From Octopus sinensis (Eukaryota): DNA of 64,000 nucleotides. Shown here piece after piece: positions 63,016 through 64,000 of this stretch (position 1 is its first letter; each line of letters begins with the position of its first letter). The notes beneath the pieces were generated by a model. That model had not been told where the DNA came from, did no database searches, and saw only the letters and a list, made by a program, of their open reading frames with translations. The DNA lies in the NCBI RefSeq assembly GCF_006345805.1, contig NC_043019.1, positions 11,531,360 through 11,595,359 of the forward strand, written 5' to 3'. The translations under genes were made by a program, and so were the position numbers.

Positions 63016-64000
63016 TTTTTTATAAAGACAGTAAGGTAAGATATGAGGGAAATTTGGCTGTTATTTCTAGTATGATGAGTAACAAACTAGCGGCCACTCG
63101 TTTAGCTTCCAGGGCTCCCTTTATCATACCTGCCAGCCGTGCCATCACATTTTTTTTTTCACACAATGTGTCTAGGACCCATATTATCCTTCCTGTGTGA
63201 CCTTCCTTTTTTTATGATTTGGGGAGTGGGATTTGGCAGCTATTTCTAGGCGTAACTGGTGACCACGTAGATGCTTCCAAAGGGTTCCAGATAGAAGAAG
63301 ACAGCCAGGAGTAAAGGCAGACGACGAGATAAGGAGATAGAGACAGACAGAAAGATTGGGAGAGAGAGAGAGAAGAGACAGAGATAGACAGAAAGATAGA
63401 GACAGGGAGAAAGAGAGAGAAAGAAGAAAAATATTGATGAAAATTTTTAAATAAATTAATGAAGAAACGAAAGAGAGATTATAAAACTATAAATTATCAA
63501 TCAAAAACAATTGTCTGTTGATCAATATTTTCTACATAATCACTAAAAAAAAATCAATATTGAAAGCAGACGACATGGTGGGAACCATGTTTGTTGACCT
63601 AGCAGGCTTATCTATTATCAAAGATGTTCCAGACGCGACCATCCTGTCTTTTACTAAGACATTGTGCATCGAACATCAATAGTCACATTATCTAATACGA
63701 CCTTCTTTTCTTTATGATAGTAACGTATGGTTTGAGGTAGATTTAGGTGTTATTTCTTGCATGTAAGGGATCGCCCATTGGTGGTCGTTTAGCCCCAGGT
63801 CAGCTTTGATTGAGCAAAACTTACGCTCAAAATCGCTTCAGTCATGACCTACGCATCTTTTTGTCTCCAGACGTACTGTAACTAGTTACTCGTTCTTTGA
63901 AACATTTGAGGGGTTTTTAGCTATTATTTCTCTACGAGTTAGTTTGGGCATCTCACACTTTTCCTGAGTGTGCCCCTACATCATCGACTTTGTTTCCTCA

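Overview
AT-rich, microsatellite-laden eukaryotic DNA. Its SINE/RTE repeat landscape matches Octopus; this is inferred from repeat recognition and the species is not determined. Two spliced genes lie tail-to-tail. (1) A 13-exon plus-strand gene (CDS 10004-37319, 573 aa, all intron phases consistent) encodes an uncharacterised signal-peptide protein with two tandem ependymin/LolA-like domains, a third C-terminal domain and no TM helix. (2) A minus-strand SYCE2 orthologue (synaptonemal complex central element) has coding exons 45590-45420 and 42365-42156. The rest is mostly transposon-derived: four tRNA-SINE families, RTE and CR1 fragments, a DD37D maT transposase fossil, three Helitron copies, and piggyBac-, hAT-, mariner- and Merlin-like MITEs. 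Most notable extras: a Penelope-type hammerhead ribozyme in sense within intron 4 of gene 1, preceded by an inverted copy of itself; an 83-bp duplication creating a second exon-12 acceptor that leads to a premature stop; several foldback structures; and a perfect RFX X-box. All coordinates were read by hand; repeat boundaries are approximate.
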